In this document: piece after piece, positions 19,804 to 31,800 of the stretch
Layout: the number at the start of each line of letters is the position of its first letter
How positions within the stretch are numbered: the first letter of the stretch is position 1
DNA from: Rebecca billardiae RCC1528
Taxonomy: Eukaryota; Protista; Haptophyta
NCBI GenBank assembly: GCA_965240325.2
Contig: OZ251237.1
Location: 868,001-932,000, forward strand
Direction: 5' to 3'
Length of the DNA: 64,000 nt
Made by a program: the position numbers and the translations under genes
The notes under the pieces: model-generated
What the model was told of the DNA's origin: nothing
Database searches by the model: none
The model's input: the letters and a program-made list of their open reading frames with translations, nothing else

Positions 19804-21339
19804 ATGCTGGCGTCCATCGCTGTCGCTGCCGCGTGCGGCGTCGCTTCCGGGCTGGCTCCGGCCGGCGTGCACACGCTCTTCTCCACGCGCGTGCTGCACC
19901 CTGACATGTCGATCTCGCCCGCGTTGATCACGGTCGACGGCTCCACGATTCGAACTGTGCAGCAGTGCGAACATCCGCCCGGAGGCAACGAGTGCATCGA
20001 CGTTGGCGACCGGCTGGTCACGCCGGCCTTCGTCAACGCGCACACGCACCTGCCGATGGCCGCGCTGCGTGGCATTGAGGGCGTCGCCCAGGCGATGAGC
20101 GGCGACGTCGTCGTCGACCTGTACTTCCAGCTCGAGAAGCTGATGAGCCCTGAGGATGTCCGTGCTTTTGCGCGCATGGGCGCGTACGAGTCGCTGCTCA
20201 GCGGCGTCGGGCTGGTGTGGGAGCACTACTACCACGGCGCGGCGCTCGCTCAGGCGCTTGCCGAGACCGGGCTCGCCGGCGTCGTCGCGCCCACGCTGCA
20301 GGACCTCGATGGGCCGGGCGTGCCGTGGCTCGACAACCATCTGGCCGACACGGTCGCTCTCGCGAGCGACAGCTTGATGCGCGAGCGCGGCGTGTTCGCG
20401 GCGTTCGGGCCGCATGCGACGGACACCGTGAGCGACGAGCTCTTCACGCGCATCGTGCGCGCAGCGGACGAGCTCGGCGGCCTCCCCCTGCACCTCCACC
20501 TCGGCCAGAGCATCGGCGAGTTCTCGGCCGTGCACGAGCGGACGGGCGGCAAGACGCCGACTGAGCTGCTCAAGTCGCTGGGGGTCCTCGACTCGCGCTC
20601 GCCGCTGCTGCTGGTGCACGCGCAGTACGCGACGGAGGCGGACCTCGGTCTGCTCGACCCGTCGCGCCACGTGCTGTGCACCTGCCCCTTCTCGCACGCG
20701 CTCTTCTCCTTCCCCTCGCCAGTGCCCCGCTGGCGCCGCGCCGGGCTGGACATTGTCTGCGGCACGGACGCGGCTGCTTCCAACGACTGCATGAACGTGC
20801 AGAAGGAGCTGCGCCTGCTCGCGGGCTTCAGCTCGTTCACGACGACGCACTCGGCGGAGCTCGAGGCGTTCTGGTCGAGCCCGAGCGGAGGCGCCGACGC
20901 CCTCCGCGCCGCGCACGCGATGCACGGTCGTAGGCAGCACGCGCTCGGCGCTCACGACGAGCTGCGGCTCCGCAGCCCGCAGGAGCTGCTCCGCTCGATC
21001 TGGTCGACGCCCGGCGGGCTGCACCCGCACTTCCGCGCGGGCGTGATCGAGGATGGCGCGCTCGCCAACCTCCTCGTGTGGGACATGGAGCACCCGAACA
21101 TGTGGCCCGCCGCCGACGAGCTCAGCGCGCTCGTCATGTGTGACGCTGCGCCGGCGATCGACGCGATGATGGTCGCCGGCCGCTGGATCGGCCGCTCGCC
21201 CAACCTGCGTGGCATCACGTACCAGCGCGCGCTGCTCGACAGCGTCGAGTACCGCCGCGCGCGGGAAGAGGCGAGCCTACGGCTGGAGGAGCTCCTGGAG
21301 CGCGCAGACGTGAAGCTGGTGAGCGGATCGGGGATCTGA
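19804..21339 (+). CDS. Amidohydrolase, MtaD/SsnA (MTA/SAH deaminase-like) family
   Basis: PAFVNAHTHL, GPHATDTV, HLHL, VHA, GTDAAASND and G.IE.GALANL; signal-peptide-like N-terminus. Confidence 0.85.
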   Translation: MLASIAVAAACGVASGLAPAGVHTLFSTRVLHPDMSISPALITVDGSTIRTVQQCEHPPGGNECIDVGDRLVTPAFVNAHTHLPMAALRGIEGVAQAMSGDVVVDLYFQLEKLMSPEDVRAFARMGAYESLLSGVGLVWEHYYHGAALAQALAETGLAGVVAPTLQDLDGPGVPWLDNHLADTVALASDSLMRERGVFAAFGPHATDTVSDELFTRIVRAADELGGLPLHLHLGQSIGEFSAVHERTGGKTPTELLKSLGVLDSRSPLLLVHAQYATEADLGLLDPSRHVLCTCPFSHALFSFPSPVPRWRRAGLDIVCGTDAAASNDCMNVQKELRLLAGFSSFTTTHSAELEAFWSSPSGGADALRAAHAMHGRRQHALGAHDELRLRSPQELLRSIWSTPGGLHPHFRAGVIEDGALANLLVWDMEHPNMWPAADELSALVMCDAAPAIDAMMVAGRWIGRSPNLRGITYQRALLDSVEYRRAREEASLRLEELLERADVKLVSGSGI

Positions 21340-21759
21340 CTCTGAGCGCTGGCGACAACCTAGGGCAGCCCCTCTGCCCACTGATGACTGAGCTGAGCCT
21401 GAGGTCCGGCCGAGCACGGAGCAGCCCCTTATGGTTCATGGCTCATGCGCTCACTGCTCATGAGTGTCGCGCGACGATAGAGTGCGGGGCCGGCCATCGG
21501 CGCGGCAGGGCGACCGCGGGGCTCCGTGCGGTGTCACATAGCCTCTGCCGATTCAGCCTTTATGGCAGCAGTGATCGGCGGACCGCGGTCGTAACTCTGT
21601 GAGCGGTCGCCTCGGCGGAAGAGACTTTCATAGAGAGAACGCACGCGCGCGCGCGTGCCGCCATCATTTTCCAACCGGCACTCCGGCAAAGGGGTGCCTT
21701 CCTGAACGGCTGCATTCCGCTGCAGTGACAACTCGCCCTGCGCCTCCGACGATGGATGC

Positions 21760-22905
21760 ATGGTTCCCTTCCGCTTGCCAGCGCGATCCACGCTGCGCGT
21801 AGCCGTCATATTGGCCTGCCTTGCGGAAGGGGTGCCCGCTGCTCGTCGGAGGCCTGCCCCCACTGCTCCCGGCCGGCCCACTGTGCCGGTGCAGCACCCA
21901 ACGCAGTTGCCTCTCGTGGACGACTACATCGTGTGGTTCCACCCACCAAAGTGTGGCACCAGCTTTGGCACCACTCTGGTCCATCGCGCCAACGCGTCCC
22001 TGCCCAAGGGTGCGAGGATGCATGTCTGCGACAAGACCTCGCCCATCGGCATGTTGAAAGCGACCGACCCGTACAAGCCGCACATGTGCCTTGGCGCAAC
22101 GGATCGCTTCTTTCACCGCTACCGGCACGATGTGTGGTTTCGTGGATGGTTTGTGTGCGGCCAGTTGACGGACCCCCCGGGTTTCACATCCTGGGACGGC
22201 GGCCCGGACACGTGCGACCCCGGTCAACACGTCCCCGTGACCAGCTCTCTGTACGCCGCACACCGCGGCCACTTTCAGGGCTTCTTCCGCTCACCGGCGT
22301 CGCTGGTGGCGAGCCAGTACCTGCGAAGCGCGGGCGGGCGTGGACGGGTCACGCTCCCCAATGACAACTTGGACTTCACCACGCACACTGGCGCGCGGGG
22401 CCTGCTGGCCTATGCGCTTGCCCGTCCAGACCCACTCGCTCGATTCCTGATGGGCATTTCTGGTGGGCCTTCTGCCGAGGCGCCTGAATTGGCGGGTTTG
22501 GCCGATTCCGCGATCGCGCGACTGGCAGGATTCCGCTTCGTTGGCATCTTCGAGGAATGGGCGACGAGCATCTGCTTGTATCACCGCATGGTCATGGGCG
22601 ATCGTGAGTGCTTGCCGGTGGAGTTCATCAATAATCGCGTCACCAAGGTCGGTGACGTGCGGCTTGGCGCGCGGCTGCTCGAGCGACACGGTCTTTTAGG
22701 GCGCAACGACACGGCCTTGTACGCAGCCGCACGTGCGCGCTTCAAGCATGATGTGGCGCTCTTCAACGTGACCGCGGAGACCTGCGCCGCCATCAAGTGC
22801 CACATCACGGGAGCACGGGCATCCCGTGATGACCATCAGATTCAGTCAGGCAGGCATCTCGTGACGACCATCAGGCATCCCGGTCGACCGTTCCGAATCC
22901 GATGA
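21760..22905 (+). CDS. Secretory-pathway sulfotransferase-like protein
   Basis: PAPS 5'-PSB loop WFHPPKCGTSF, 3'-PB-like FFRSP...S, FVGIFEEW..SICL and D.ALY..A; N-terminal signal. Confidence 0.75.
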   Translation: MVPFRLPARSTLRVAVILACLAEGVPAARRRPAPTAPGRPTVPVQHPTQLPLVDDYIVWFHPPKCGTSFGTTLVHRANASLPKGARMHVCDKTSPIGMLKATDPYKPHMCLGATDRFFHRYRHDVWFRGWFVCGQLTDPPGFTSWDGGPDTCDPGQHVPVTSSLYAAHRGHFQGFFRSPASLVASQYLRSAGGRGRVTLPNDNLDFTTHTGARGLLAYALARPDPLARFLMGISGGPSAEAPELAGLADSAIARLAGFRFVGIFEEWATSICLYHRMVMGDRECLPVEFINNRVTKVGDVRLGARLLERHGLLGRNDTALYAAARARFKHDVALFNVTAETCAAIKCHITGARASRDDHQIQSGRHLVTTIRHPGRPFRIR

Positions 22906-22998
22906 GGAGGCGATGAGCGCTGCTAGCAGGCTCATGCTGCTGCTGTATATATGCATCATGACGATGATGACTCCGATGAGTCTGAGCAGCAGCTGTGC

Positions 22999-25900
22999 TC
23001 ATGTGCCCGACCGCGACGTTCTTCGCGAGCCGCCAGTCGTGACAGTCCCGCCTGTCGTACTCGTTGGCATCCGCCGCGCCAGGGCTGCTGGCTGCGAGCC
23101 TCCAGCCGCCGCCTTGCCAGGCTGCGCCACGGCGGATGCGACAGGCCGCCGACTGGATGACGCCAACGGGGGTCCGGCGACCTTGGCGCGAGGCGCGCTT
23201 GCACCGGCCCCGCTGGTGGGCGCGGCAGAGCCACTGGAGCTCAAGATCGCGCCGCTCGCTTTTTGCTTAGGCGCGTGCGACCCCTTGGCGCCCGGCGCGG
23301 CTGGCTGCGCGCCGCCGCTTCTGCCCGGGCCAGGCCGTGCAGGCGCCGGCGCGGGCGCCGGCTTGGCGCCAGGCGCCTGCTGTGCCTGCTGCTGCGCGGC
23401 CGGGCCCTCATCGGGCCACACCTCGTACCCCTCGACCTTGTACTTGGAGCGCCAGCGCTCGGCCTCGGAGTTGAAGTCGGCGTCGCCCGGCTCGGGGCCA
23501 TCGGCCGAGCCCGGCTTGCCCTGACCGCGCAGCGCCGAGATCTGCCGCTCGCGCGAGTCCTGGCGCCGCACCGGCGGCGCGGGCAGCTGCTCGGAGGTCG
23601 CCTTGGTCCACTGGGTCACGTGCGCGGCCGGCGAGGGCAGCTTGGTGCGCTTGATCTCCTCGAGCAGGGCGTCGCCGTCCGCGAGCTCGGCGGCCACGGA
23701 GCGGTAGTTGTTGCGGTCGATACAGCGGTCAAACAGCCGCAGGGCCAGCCGCTGCCTGCCCTGCTCGCTCTCGACCTGGCGCACGACGCGCGATATCTGC
23801 TCGGCAGACAGGTGCATCGCGTCGACCATCGAGTCGAGCAGGTCGAGCTGGTCCAGCTCCGCCGCGCTCCCCTGCCGCTGCTCCACCGCCTGCAGCAGCA
23901 GCTGCAGCTCGTTCTCGGAAACTACCCGGGGAGACTCGTATTCGACCGTCTCCTGGAAGTCGAGCTCGAGCAGGCCAGAGCTCGGCAGCTCCCACGTCGG
24001 GTCGTCCTCCTGCGACCGCCGCGGAGCAAGCAGGGCGCGCGGCGCGGGTGAGTGCGCACGCGCGAGCGTGTTGGTGCCGCGCGACGCGTGAGCAGTTGGC
24101 AGCGCGCGGCCCGGCGCGGCCCGCGCGCGCGCGCGCGCGCGCGCCGGCGCGGGCGCGGGCGCGCACATTCATGTTCAGCGCAACACCGTCGATCGTCTCG
24201 TTGAACCAGTTCTCGCCGCGCATGTCCGCGCCGAGCTGCTTGAGCGTCTCGGCGATCGCGCGGTCCTCCTTCTTCGCCAGGTCGAGCCGGTACCGCTTGC
24301 GCGAGGCGGTGGTCGCCGTGCGCGGCTGCAGCACCACATAGTCGAACTCAAGAACCCCCCGGCGCGGCAGGTTTGGCCGGCGCTCGATCGGCTTCACCTT
24401 GCGGTTGGCCGCGGTGATGTCGCGCTGCCGGTTCACGACGCCCTTGCGGATCACGATGAGCGGCTCGCCCGGCGGCGCGTCCTCGTTGAACTCGATCGGG
24501 TCGCCGTCGAGGGTGACGTCGGTCCTGCGGGCGGCGCAGGGGTGGCCCGGGTGGTCATGTGAGCGCGTGTGCGCGCGTGTGCGCGCGTGTGCGCGCGTGT
24601 GCGCGCGTGTGGACGTGTGTGTGCGTGTGTGAGCGTGTTTGTGTCAGAGTGTGCGTGAGAGAGTCCGAGTGACTATATACAAACGCGGCCCGCGCAAGCC
24701 CACGCGCCCGCCCGGACGCTGCACGGCGCGCACACGACGCCGCGCGCGCGCCGGTCGCGCGCGCCGGTCGCGCGCGCGTGGCGCGCGCGCTTGACGCACT
24801 CACCAGTTTTCGCCAGGCTCAAAGAGGGCCCACTGCCGAAGGCGCTCAGCGAGCTCCCACTCGGCGCGGACGCTCAGGTCGAGGCAGTAGTGGCGCGTGG
24901 AGACGTGCTTCGGCTCGGTGCACACGAAGTCGAACTCGAGCCTGCCGTGCTCGGGGATCACGAAGCGCTTCACCGCCTCCGCGTCGTCGGGCAGCTGGTA
25001 CGCGCGGCCGTTGAGATTCTCGTTGAGAAAGTTCTCAGCCTCGTCCGCGCCCGCGCGCTCGAGCAGCTTGCGCAACACGGCGCGGTCGTCGCGCCGGCTG
25101 AGCTCGAGGGCGTAGTGCTCCTCGTACTTGAGCGCGAACGTCGCGTAGTCCAGCTCGAGGATCCCCACCTCCGGCACCTCCCACAGCGCGCCGCGAGATT
25201 CGTCGAGATAGAACGCGTGTCCGTTGATGCGAGAGTTGCGCCAATTCTCGCCTGGCTCGGCGAGCGCGCGCGTCCACAGCGAGCGCGCGATCAGCCGGTC
25301 GCGCTCGTCGGAGAGGTCGAGGCGGTAGTGGACCACGCTCGTCGGCCGCGGCTCGCGCTGCTCGTACTCCAGCCGCAGCGTGCCGCTCTGCGGCAGCTCC
25401 CACTCCGAGTCGAGGTGGATAGGCTTGTATGCGGACGCTCGCGAGAAGTGCGCCTCAGAGCCGTCGTCGAGTGTCGCCCACGCCCAGCCGCCGCCGGGCT
25501 CGGTGAGCGCGAGCGTGCGCAGCTGCTCGGCGATCCAGCGGTCCCAGTGCTGCGTCAGGTCGAGCGTGTACTCGCCCGCCGGGCTCTTCGGGTCGAACGG
25601 CGTGAGGTGCTCGCCCATGTCGTCGAGCTGCGCCTCCACTGCCTGCAGTCCGAGGTGGGACAACGTGTCCGTGTGCTCGAGCGCGCGCACGATCGCCTCG
25701 AGCCCGACGCGGCCGAGCGGGTTGTGCCCGAGCTCGAGCGACTCGAGCGCGGGGCTCTCCTCGATGCCCGCCGCGATCACCACCGCCGCCGTCTCCTCGA
25801 TCCCGTTGTGCTGCAGGTCGAGCGTGCGCAGCCCGGGGCTTGTGCGAAGCATCTCGCCCGCTGCGATCCCGCCGCGCTCGCCAAGACCGTTCCACGAAAG

Positions 25901-28780
25901 TCCCAATAGGAGGAGCCGCTTCGGGTGCAGCGCGTGGCGCATGCCCGCGAGGAGCTCGAGCGCGCCGTCGCCGCCGAGGCGGTTCCACCCCACCTCGAGC
26001 TCGCCCACCAGCCCCTGCTGGATCAGAAACCCCAGGCTGCGCGCCGCGCTCGCGCCGAGGTCGTTGGTGGCGACGTTGAGCGATAACAGCCCGCGCGCGG
26101 CGCCCGCGAGCGCGCGCACGAGCGCGTTCGCGCCCTCGTCGCGCAGCAGGTTGCCGCGCAGGTTGAGCGTGTGCAGCCGCACCGCGCCGCCGCGGTGAAG
26201 CACGTCCGAGAGCACCAGCATCCCGCGCTCGCCCAGCTTGTTGTCCGCGAGGTCGAGCTCCTCGAGCGTGTCGTTCTCAGCGACCGCGCGCGCGACAGCC
26301 TCGCCGCCGACGCCGTGTAGCTGGTTATCGGACAAGTCGACGGTGTGCCACGTGCGGTTGAGCGCGAGCGCGGCGGCGAAGGCGGTGCCGCCCTGCTCGC
26401 CCAGCCCGTAGTGCCGCAGCACCAGCGAGTGCGCGCCGAGCTTGTTCAGCACGCGCGCCACGGGCACCTGGCCCGCAGGCAACGCCTCACATGCACGCAG
26501 GTAGGCCCGGCGCTGGTCAGCCGATGAGACGCGCGCGTCGTCGGCGCCGCCATGCTGCTCGTCCTCCTCGGCGAGGCCGTGCTGCGGCTCGAAGGCGGCG
26601 CTGCGCTGGCGGCGGCGCAGCGCGCTCGCCGACGGCCGGTCGAACAGCGGGTTCTGCCGCCGCCGCGAGTCCAGCGGCGGCAGCTCGGTCGAGGCGGATG
26701 AGGACGCCCCGGCAGAGTCGCGCGAGCGCGCACTGTCGTCGCCGGCGCGCCGCGCGCTCGCCGGGGCATACGTGCTCAGCTCGCGGTGGCCGAGCGAGCT
26801 GACGGGGAGGTGCGGCAGCAGCGCGAGCGCGCGCGCGCCCAGCGTCTCCGCCGCCGACTCCTCCGACGCCGGCGCCGCGGCCTCTGCGCCCTCCGCCCGG
26901 GCCGCGTGCCCGCGCGCCGCAGACGCGGGGTGTGGCGCGCTCTTGGGAGGCGCACGCGCGTCGCGCTCGGCGGCGCGCGCGCGGCTCGACGGGCGGCGCA
27001 TGCCGCCCGCCGAGCGCGTGACGCGCTCGGAGAGCCCGTCGATCGCCCCCGCGTCCGCCTCCGAGCGCGCGCGCCCGCCCGCCGCCTCGTCCAGCGCCCA
27101 CGCCAGCGAGGACTTGTGCTGCTTCAGCTGCGCATGATACGGCAGTTGACCAAGCTCGCGAATCGCCGAGTGCTTCGTCTTGTGTAGCCCCGAGCGCACG
27201 TCGACCTCGACGTCGTGCGCGGCGGAGCGCGGGCCGGTGTCCTCGGTGGGCACGTGCACCAGCGCGCTCTTCCGCGCCGCGCGCAGCGCGCTCGCCGCCT
27301 CCCCCTCCCCGAGCGAAAGCGCCGTGAGCCGTCGCGTCTCTGCCGCGACGACGTCCGCCGAACAGTTGCTCGACGCGGCGCTGGTGCCGGAGGCGTTGGA
27401 GAGGCGGCTGAGCCGCGCGGAGGAGGGCTCGGAGGAGCCGTCCGTGCGGCTGCTCTGCGCGCCCTCGGTCCCCTCCTCGTCCTCCGCGCCCCCGCCCACG
27501 CGCGAGATGTGCAGAACCGGAGCCGTCATCGTCGGCGCCGCGCCGCCCGCCGCGCCGCCGTCATCCTCGGCGCGCGCCGCCGCCGCTCCGTGCTCGTCGG
27601 TGCGCGGCGTGTCGCCGTCGGTCGAGCGCTCGCGACTCCACGTCCCGCGCGTACGGTCGCTCCCGACAGACGGCCGCCGCCGCCCCCCCGACCCCACCGA
27701 GCGCGTGGCGGAGCCGGTGGCGCCGGCGCGCGCGCGACGCTCCGGCTGCTGTGGCCTGAAGCTGCCGGCGGGTGAGGGCGCCGCTCCGCTCTCCCCCGGC
27801 CTGTGGCGCGCGGTGGCGTCGGAGTGCTTGCTCGACAGGGAGCCGTCGGTGTTCGAGCCGCGCCGCCGCCCCAGCGCCGCCGCGGCCGCGCCGCCGCCGG
27901 CCGCCGTCTGCTTCGCCTCCAGCCGCTGCGTGCCGATGCGGCGCAGCCGCGCGCGCGCGGCCGCGGTGAGCGCCTCGGCGCGCGAGGGCTGGGCGGCGGC
28001 GCGCACGTGGCGCAGCGCGGTGCTCGCCGCCTGCGCGCGCTTCTCCTCCGCGCGCTGCGCCACGACGTGCCGCAGCCGCGAGCCGTCCGAGCTCACCGTG
28101 TCGAACACGCCCGCCGCCTGCAATTCATTCACTAAGATCGCCAGCTCGTCCTTGGTCGGCTGCGGGTTCACGAGCTCTTGCAGCTTGTGCTCGAGCTGGC
28201 GCGTGCGCCGGCTCTTCGCCGCCGCGCGCGACTTGGCCTGCTCGCGGTGGTGCACCGTCTTGTGCGGCATGAGCAGCTCCGTCACCGTCCGGTCGTCGAA
28301 GCTCGTCAGCCCGAACGAGAAGGTGCGATCGGGCGCGATCGCTCCAATCTTTGTGTAGTCCGCGGCGCGCGGCTCGAGCGAGCGGGCCTCGCCGGTGAGC
28401 ACGCGCTCGCCCTCGTCCGCCACGGGCTCACGCGCCACCTCCGTGCTCGCGGGCGCGATCAGGATGTGCTTCGCCGACACGTACTCGGCGTCGTCGTCGG
28501 TTGCGCTCCCAGTCGACGCTCCGCCGATGCTCACGAGCGAGAACTGCGCGCGGAGGCTCTCCTGGTCGCGCTGCAGCGCATCGAGCTGCTCCTGCAGCGC
28601 GCTGAGGTGCGTCTCCATCGGCGCGCCACGCGCTCCGCCCGCGCTCGGCGCCGCTCGCCCGCGCTCGTCCGGCTGCCCACCGTCCCTCAGCAGCACAGGT
28701 CGAGGCACGCCATGCGCCCACGCCCTGACGAACAAGGACGCCTGCTGTTGGCTGCTGGCTGGCCGTGAAACGATTTCCAT
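22999..28780 (-). CDS. Large RNI-like LRR protein with five tandem ~65-aa modules and a DUF4476-like C-terminal domain (3 exons)
   Basis: 28-aa LRRs (LDLADNKLGERG, LNLRGNLLRDEG, LDLQHNGI) at ~25640-26430. Introns 24803-24525 and 24166-24010 restore the frame. Start MEIVSRP at 28780. Confidence 0.8.
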
Positions 28781-28874
28781 GGCGGGCGGCCGTGCCAACG
28801 CCGGCTGGCTTTCGCTCGCTCGGACTGGGAGCAGTGACACGCGTACACGGGCCAACGCCGCGACGCCGACGCTG

Positions 28875-31800
28875 ATGACGTCGGCACGGCCTGCTCGCGC
28901 GCTGCTCGCGCTCTGCCTCGTCGCGTCGGCCTCGGCGCGCGCCGCCGGCGGTGGCGGATCCCCCTCCGATGGCATCGACGACGGCCTCTACTCCCGCCAG
29001 CTGTACACCATCGGCCGCGACGCGCAGGCGCGCGTCTCCGAGTCGCGCGTGCTGATCGCCGGCCTGCGCGCGACAGGCGTCGAGCTGGCGAAGAACCTGA
29101 TCCTCGCGGGCGTGCAGTCGGTGTTCCTGCACGATGAGACGCCGGTCGATCCGACCGACCTCGCGGGCAACTACTGCCTCGACGAGTCGCACGTCGGGCG
29201 CGAGCGCGCCGAGTGCGTTCGGACGGAGCTGGCGGCGCTCAATCCTGAGCACGTGGACGTGTCGGTGCGCAAGGGCGAGCTGACAGCGGACGCGCTGCGC
29301 GCGTGCGGCGCAAAGGTGCTCGTCGCCGCGGACCTCACCCACGCCGAGCAGCTCGCGCTCAACGACGCGTGCCGCGCCGCGGGCGTGCGGTTCGTGAGCG
29401 CGTCCGCATGCGGCCTGTTTGGCCGCATCTTCTGCGACTTTGGCGACTCGTTCGTCGTCGAGGACGTGGACGGCGAGGCGGCGCGCGAGGCGCACATCGA
29501 GCGGATCGACCCGGACGGCACGGTCACCTGCGCCGACGCGAGCGGCCCGCACGGCCTCTCGCGCGACGACCTCGTCGCGTTCGAAGCGATCGAGGGACTT
29601 GAGGGCGCGTGCGCGCCCGGCGTCACTTTCCGCGTAGCGCGCGTGCGCGGCGCGCACAAGTTCGTGGTGAGCGCGGACGCGCTGCGCGAGGCGGCGGGCG
29701 ACGGGGCGGCGTACGTGCGCGGCGGGCGCGCGCGCCGCGTCAAGACCAGCGCCACGCTCGCCTTCGAGCCGCTGCGTGCGGCGGCGGCCGCGCCGTTGCC
29801 GAGACACGTCCCAACTGACGATAGCAAGGAGGGCGAGGCGCGCCGCCGCACGGTGCACGCGGCCTTCTGCGCGCTGGCGGCGGGCTCGGGCGAGGCGGGT
29901 GCGCAAGGCTTCGACGAGTTCGAGGCCGCCGCGCGCGCGGCGGCCGCCGGCGCCGAGCTCGACCCGGCGCTGCTCCGCGCGTTCTGGGCGCAGGCGCGCG
30001 CGTGCGTGCGGCCCATGGCCGCTCTGCTGGGAGGGCTGGGCGCGGCCGAGGCGCTGAAGGCGGCCACGCACAAGTGGACGCCGGTGTGCCAGTTCCTGTA
30101 CTACGACGCGGCGGAGTGCCTGCCGGGCTGGCCCGCCTTCGACGCGGCCGATGCGCCCGCCGACGCCGCCGACGGCCGCTTCTGCGGGCAGGCGCTCGCG
30201 CTCGGCCGCGCGGCCTCGGAACGGCTCGCCGCGATGCGCGTCTTTGTGGTCGGCGCTGGCGCGATTGGCTGCGAGCTTCTCAAGAACTTCGCGGGGATGG
30301 GCGTCGGGCTGCGCGAGGCGGGCGGGTGCGTGCAGCTGACCGACATGGACATGATCGAGCGCTCCAACCTCAACCGGCAGCTGCTCTTCCGAGCGGCGGA
30401 CATTGGCGGGATGAAGTCCGAGTGCGCCGCGCGCGCGTGCAAGCGGCTGTGTCCACAGATGCGGGTGCGCGCGACCACGCAGCGGCTCGCGCCCGAGACG
30501 ACCAACGGGCCGGGCGCGCCGTTCGGCGAGGCGTTCTGGGCGGAGCTCGACCTCGTCGCCACCGCGCTGGACAACGTGCAGGCGCGGCTCCACGCCGACG
30601 AGCTCAGCGTCACCCACGCCGTGCCGCTCATCGACTCGGGCACGCTCGGCGCGAAGGGTTCGGTGCAACCCGCGGTGCCGCACTTGACTGAGTCTTACGG
30701 CGCGTCCGCCGACCCGCCGGACTCGGGCGACATCCCGTTCTGCACGCTGAAGGCGTTCCCGTACGCGGTCGAGCACTGCGTCGCGTGGGCGCGCGAGCTC
30801 TTCGACGGCGAGTTCGGCGGGCCGATCGGCGAGGCGAAGCGCTTCGTCACCGACGAGGGCGCGTTCGTGAGACAGTTTGTTGACGGCTCGGCGGGCGGCG
30901 TCGACACGCAGGCGCTCGGCGACGCGCTCAAGCGCGTGGTGGCGGCGCTCGAGGCGGCGCCGGCGACGTACGCGCAGTGCGTGGCGCGCGCCGCCGCGCT
31001 CTTCGGCGCGCGCTTCGACCGCGCCATCCACGCGCTCCTCCGCCAGTACCCCGCCGAGCACGTCGACGAGGACGGGCAGCCATTCTGGCGCGGCGCGAAG
31101 CGGCGGCCGCGCGCGCTCGCGCTCGACGCGGCTGACGAGGAGCACCTCGAGTTCGTGCGCGCGGCGGCGCGGCTGTACGCGGAGGCGTACGGCATCGAGG
31201 TGCCCGCGGGGCTCGACGCGGCGGGCCTGCGCGCGGCGCTCGCCAAGGAGCTCGCGGCGGGCGACGGCGCGGCCGCGGCCGCGGCCGCGGCCGCTGAGCG
31301 CGAGGCGGTGCAAGCGGCGGCGGCGGGCGGCGGCGGCGCGCCTGGCGACGACGACGAGCCTGAGTCGGCCGAGGACATGCAGCGCATGCTCGCGGAGGCG
31401 GAGGCGCTCCTCGCGCGCGCGGACGAGCTCCGAGAGGCCGCGGCCGCCTCCGGCCGCGCGCTCACGCCCCTCGAGTTCGAGAAAGACGACGACTCGAACG
31501 GCCACCTCGATTTCATTGTCGCCGCGAGCAACCTGCGCGCGGACAACTACGACATCGCGCGCACCGACCGGCACGAGTCGCGCCGCGTGGCGGGGCGGAT
31601 CGTGCCGGCGATCGCGACGACCACCTCCGTCGTCTCCGCCCTCGTCTGCCTCGAGCTGTACAAGCTCGCCCTGCTGCCGCCGGGCGGGAGCGCGGCGCTG
31701 GCGAGCGGCTCGCGGGCGCACAAGGACGCGCTGCGCCGCCGCTTCAAGAGCGCCTTTGTCAACCTCGCGCTGCCGCTGGTCGCGTCGTCGGAGCCCGTCG

